From: a virus
Taxonomy: Duplodnaviria > Caudoviricetes
Length of the DNA stretch: 24,450 bases
Direction: 5' to 3' (one strand)
Virus record (IMG/VR): IMGVR_UViG_3300037483_000059
Location: 1 to 24,450 of that record
The notes beneath the pieces are model-generated. The model did not search any database, had not been told where the DNA came from, and saw only the letters and a list, made by a program, of their open reading frames with translations. Position numbers and translations under genes: made by a program. This document shows positions 24,227 through 24,450 of this stretch, piece after piece (position 1 is the first letter of the stretch; each line of letters starts with the position of its first letter).

Positions 24227-24450
24227 CCGGATCGTAGCGGAAGCCCAATGACAAGGCGTCGCCTGCCACGACTTCGATCAGGCTCTTTGCTTGGTTGCAT
24301 CGCTTTTGCCAGGTCGGCATTTTCCGCGACGACAACGTCAGCCTTGCAAAACGGGCACGGTCCATGAATCGTGTTCTGATCGTCGATCAGCAGGATCCCC
24401 AAACGGAGCTTCACCCCGCCGTCGGTTGACGGTCCACCGATCGATTTGCA
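24223..24450 (-). CDS. Small Zn-ribbon-like protein (partial; 5' end outside the window)
   Basis: Frame open from the window edge: ...CKSIGGPSTDGGVKLRLGILLIDDQNTIHGPCPFCKADV...LAKA...; one CxxC is seen and the edge Cys is probably the end of a first CxxC. Confidence 0.7.
   Translation of the reverse strand, partial: CKSIGGPSTDGGVKLRLGILLIDDQNTIHGPCPFCKADVVVAENADLAKAMQPSKEPDRSRGRRRLVIGLPLRSG

Noticed and set aside
1-24450. Possible eCIS/tailocin/T6SS interpretation of the sheath-tube-baseplate cluster
   Set aside because: Capsid, scaffold, prohead protease and head-tail adaptor are in the same operon, so this is a phage virion module
1-24450. Stop-codon reassignment (alternative genetic code)
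   Set aside because: TAG, TGA and TAA all terminate full-length genes that abut the next start; no fragmented genes are seen
1-24450. Frequent GATC/CGATCG/TCGA palindromes, including a few GCGATCGC (HIP1-like)
   Set aside because: Plausibly explained by ATC, GAT and GAC/GTC codon usage; enrichment cannot be established without counting against a codon-aware model

Overview
This window is one continuous minus-strand virion morphogenesis operon of a GC-rich (roughly 60-65% by eye) contractile-tailed phage (myovirus). Its head module resembles the SPO1/Twort/A511-like (Herelleviridae-type) architecture. In transcription order (high to low coordinates) it encodes: partial Zn-ribbon protein, sigma70-type promoter with structured leader, prohead protease, scaffold-like protein, major capsid protein, Rho-N/HeH protein, coiled-coil repeat protein, head-tail adaptor and neck genes, tail sheath, tail tube, tail assembly chaperone pair, tape measure protein, baseplate hub, spike, a tube-initiator/LysM/gp25-like fusion, baseplate J and a tail fibre-like protein. 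Genes are tightly coupled, and the plus-strand ORFs look like antisense shadows. Most notable: (1) the protease carries a 30-aa near-copy (22/30 identical) of the capsid protein's N-terminal arm; (2) the scaffold is studded with hydrophobic-x-K-[S/A] candidate cleavage sites; (3) a consensus promoter is followed at once by a terminator-like hairpin; (4) a shared 11-mer forms RBS-occluding hairpins after the capsid and tube genes; (5) a candidate +1 UUU-C frameshift in the tail chaperone; (6) unusual baseplate fusions and a helical-looking spike C-terminus. All product calls come from motif recognition and synteny, not database searches.
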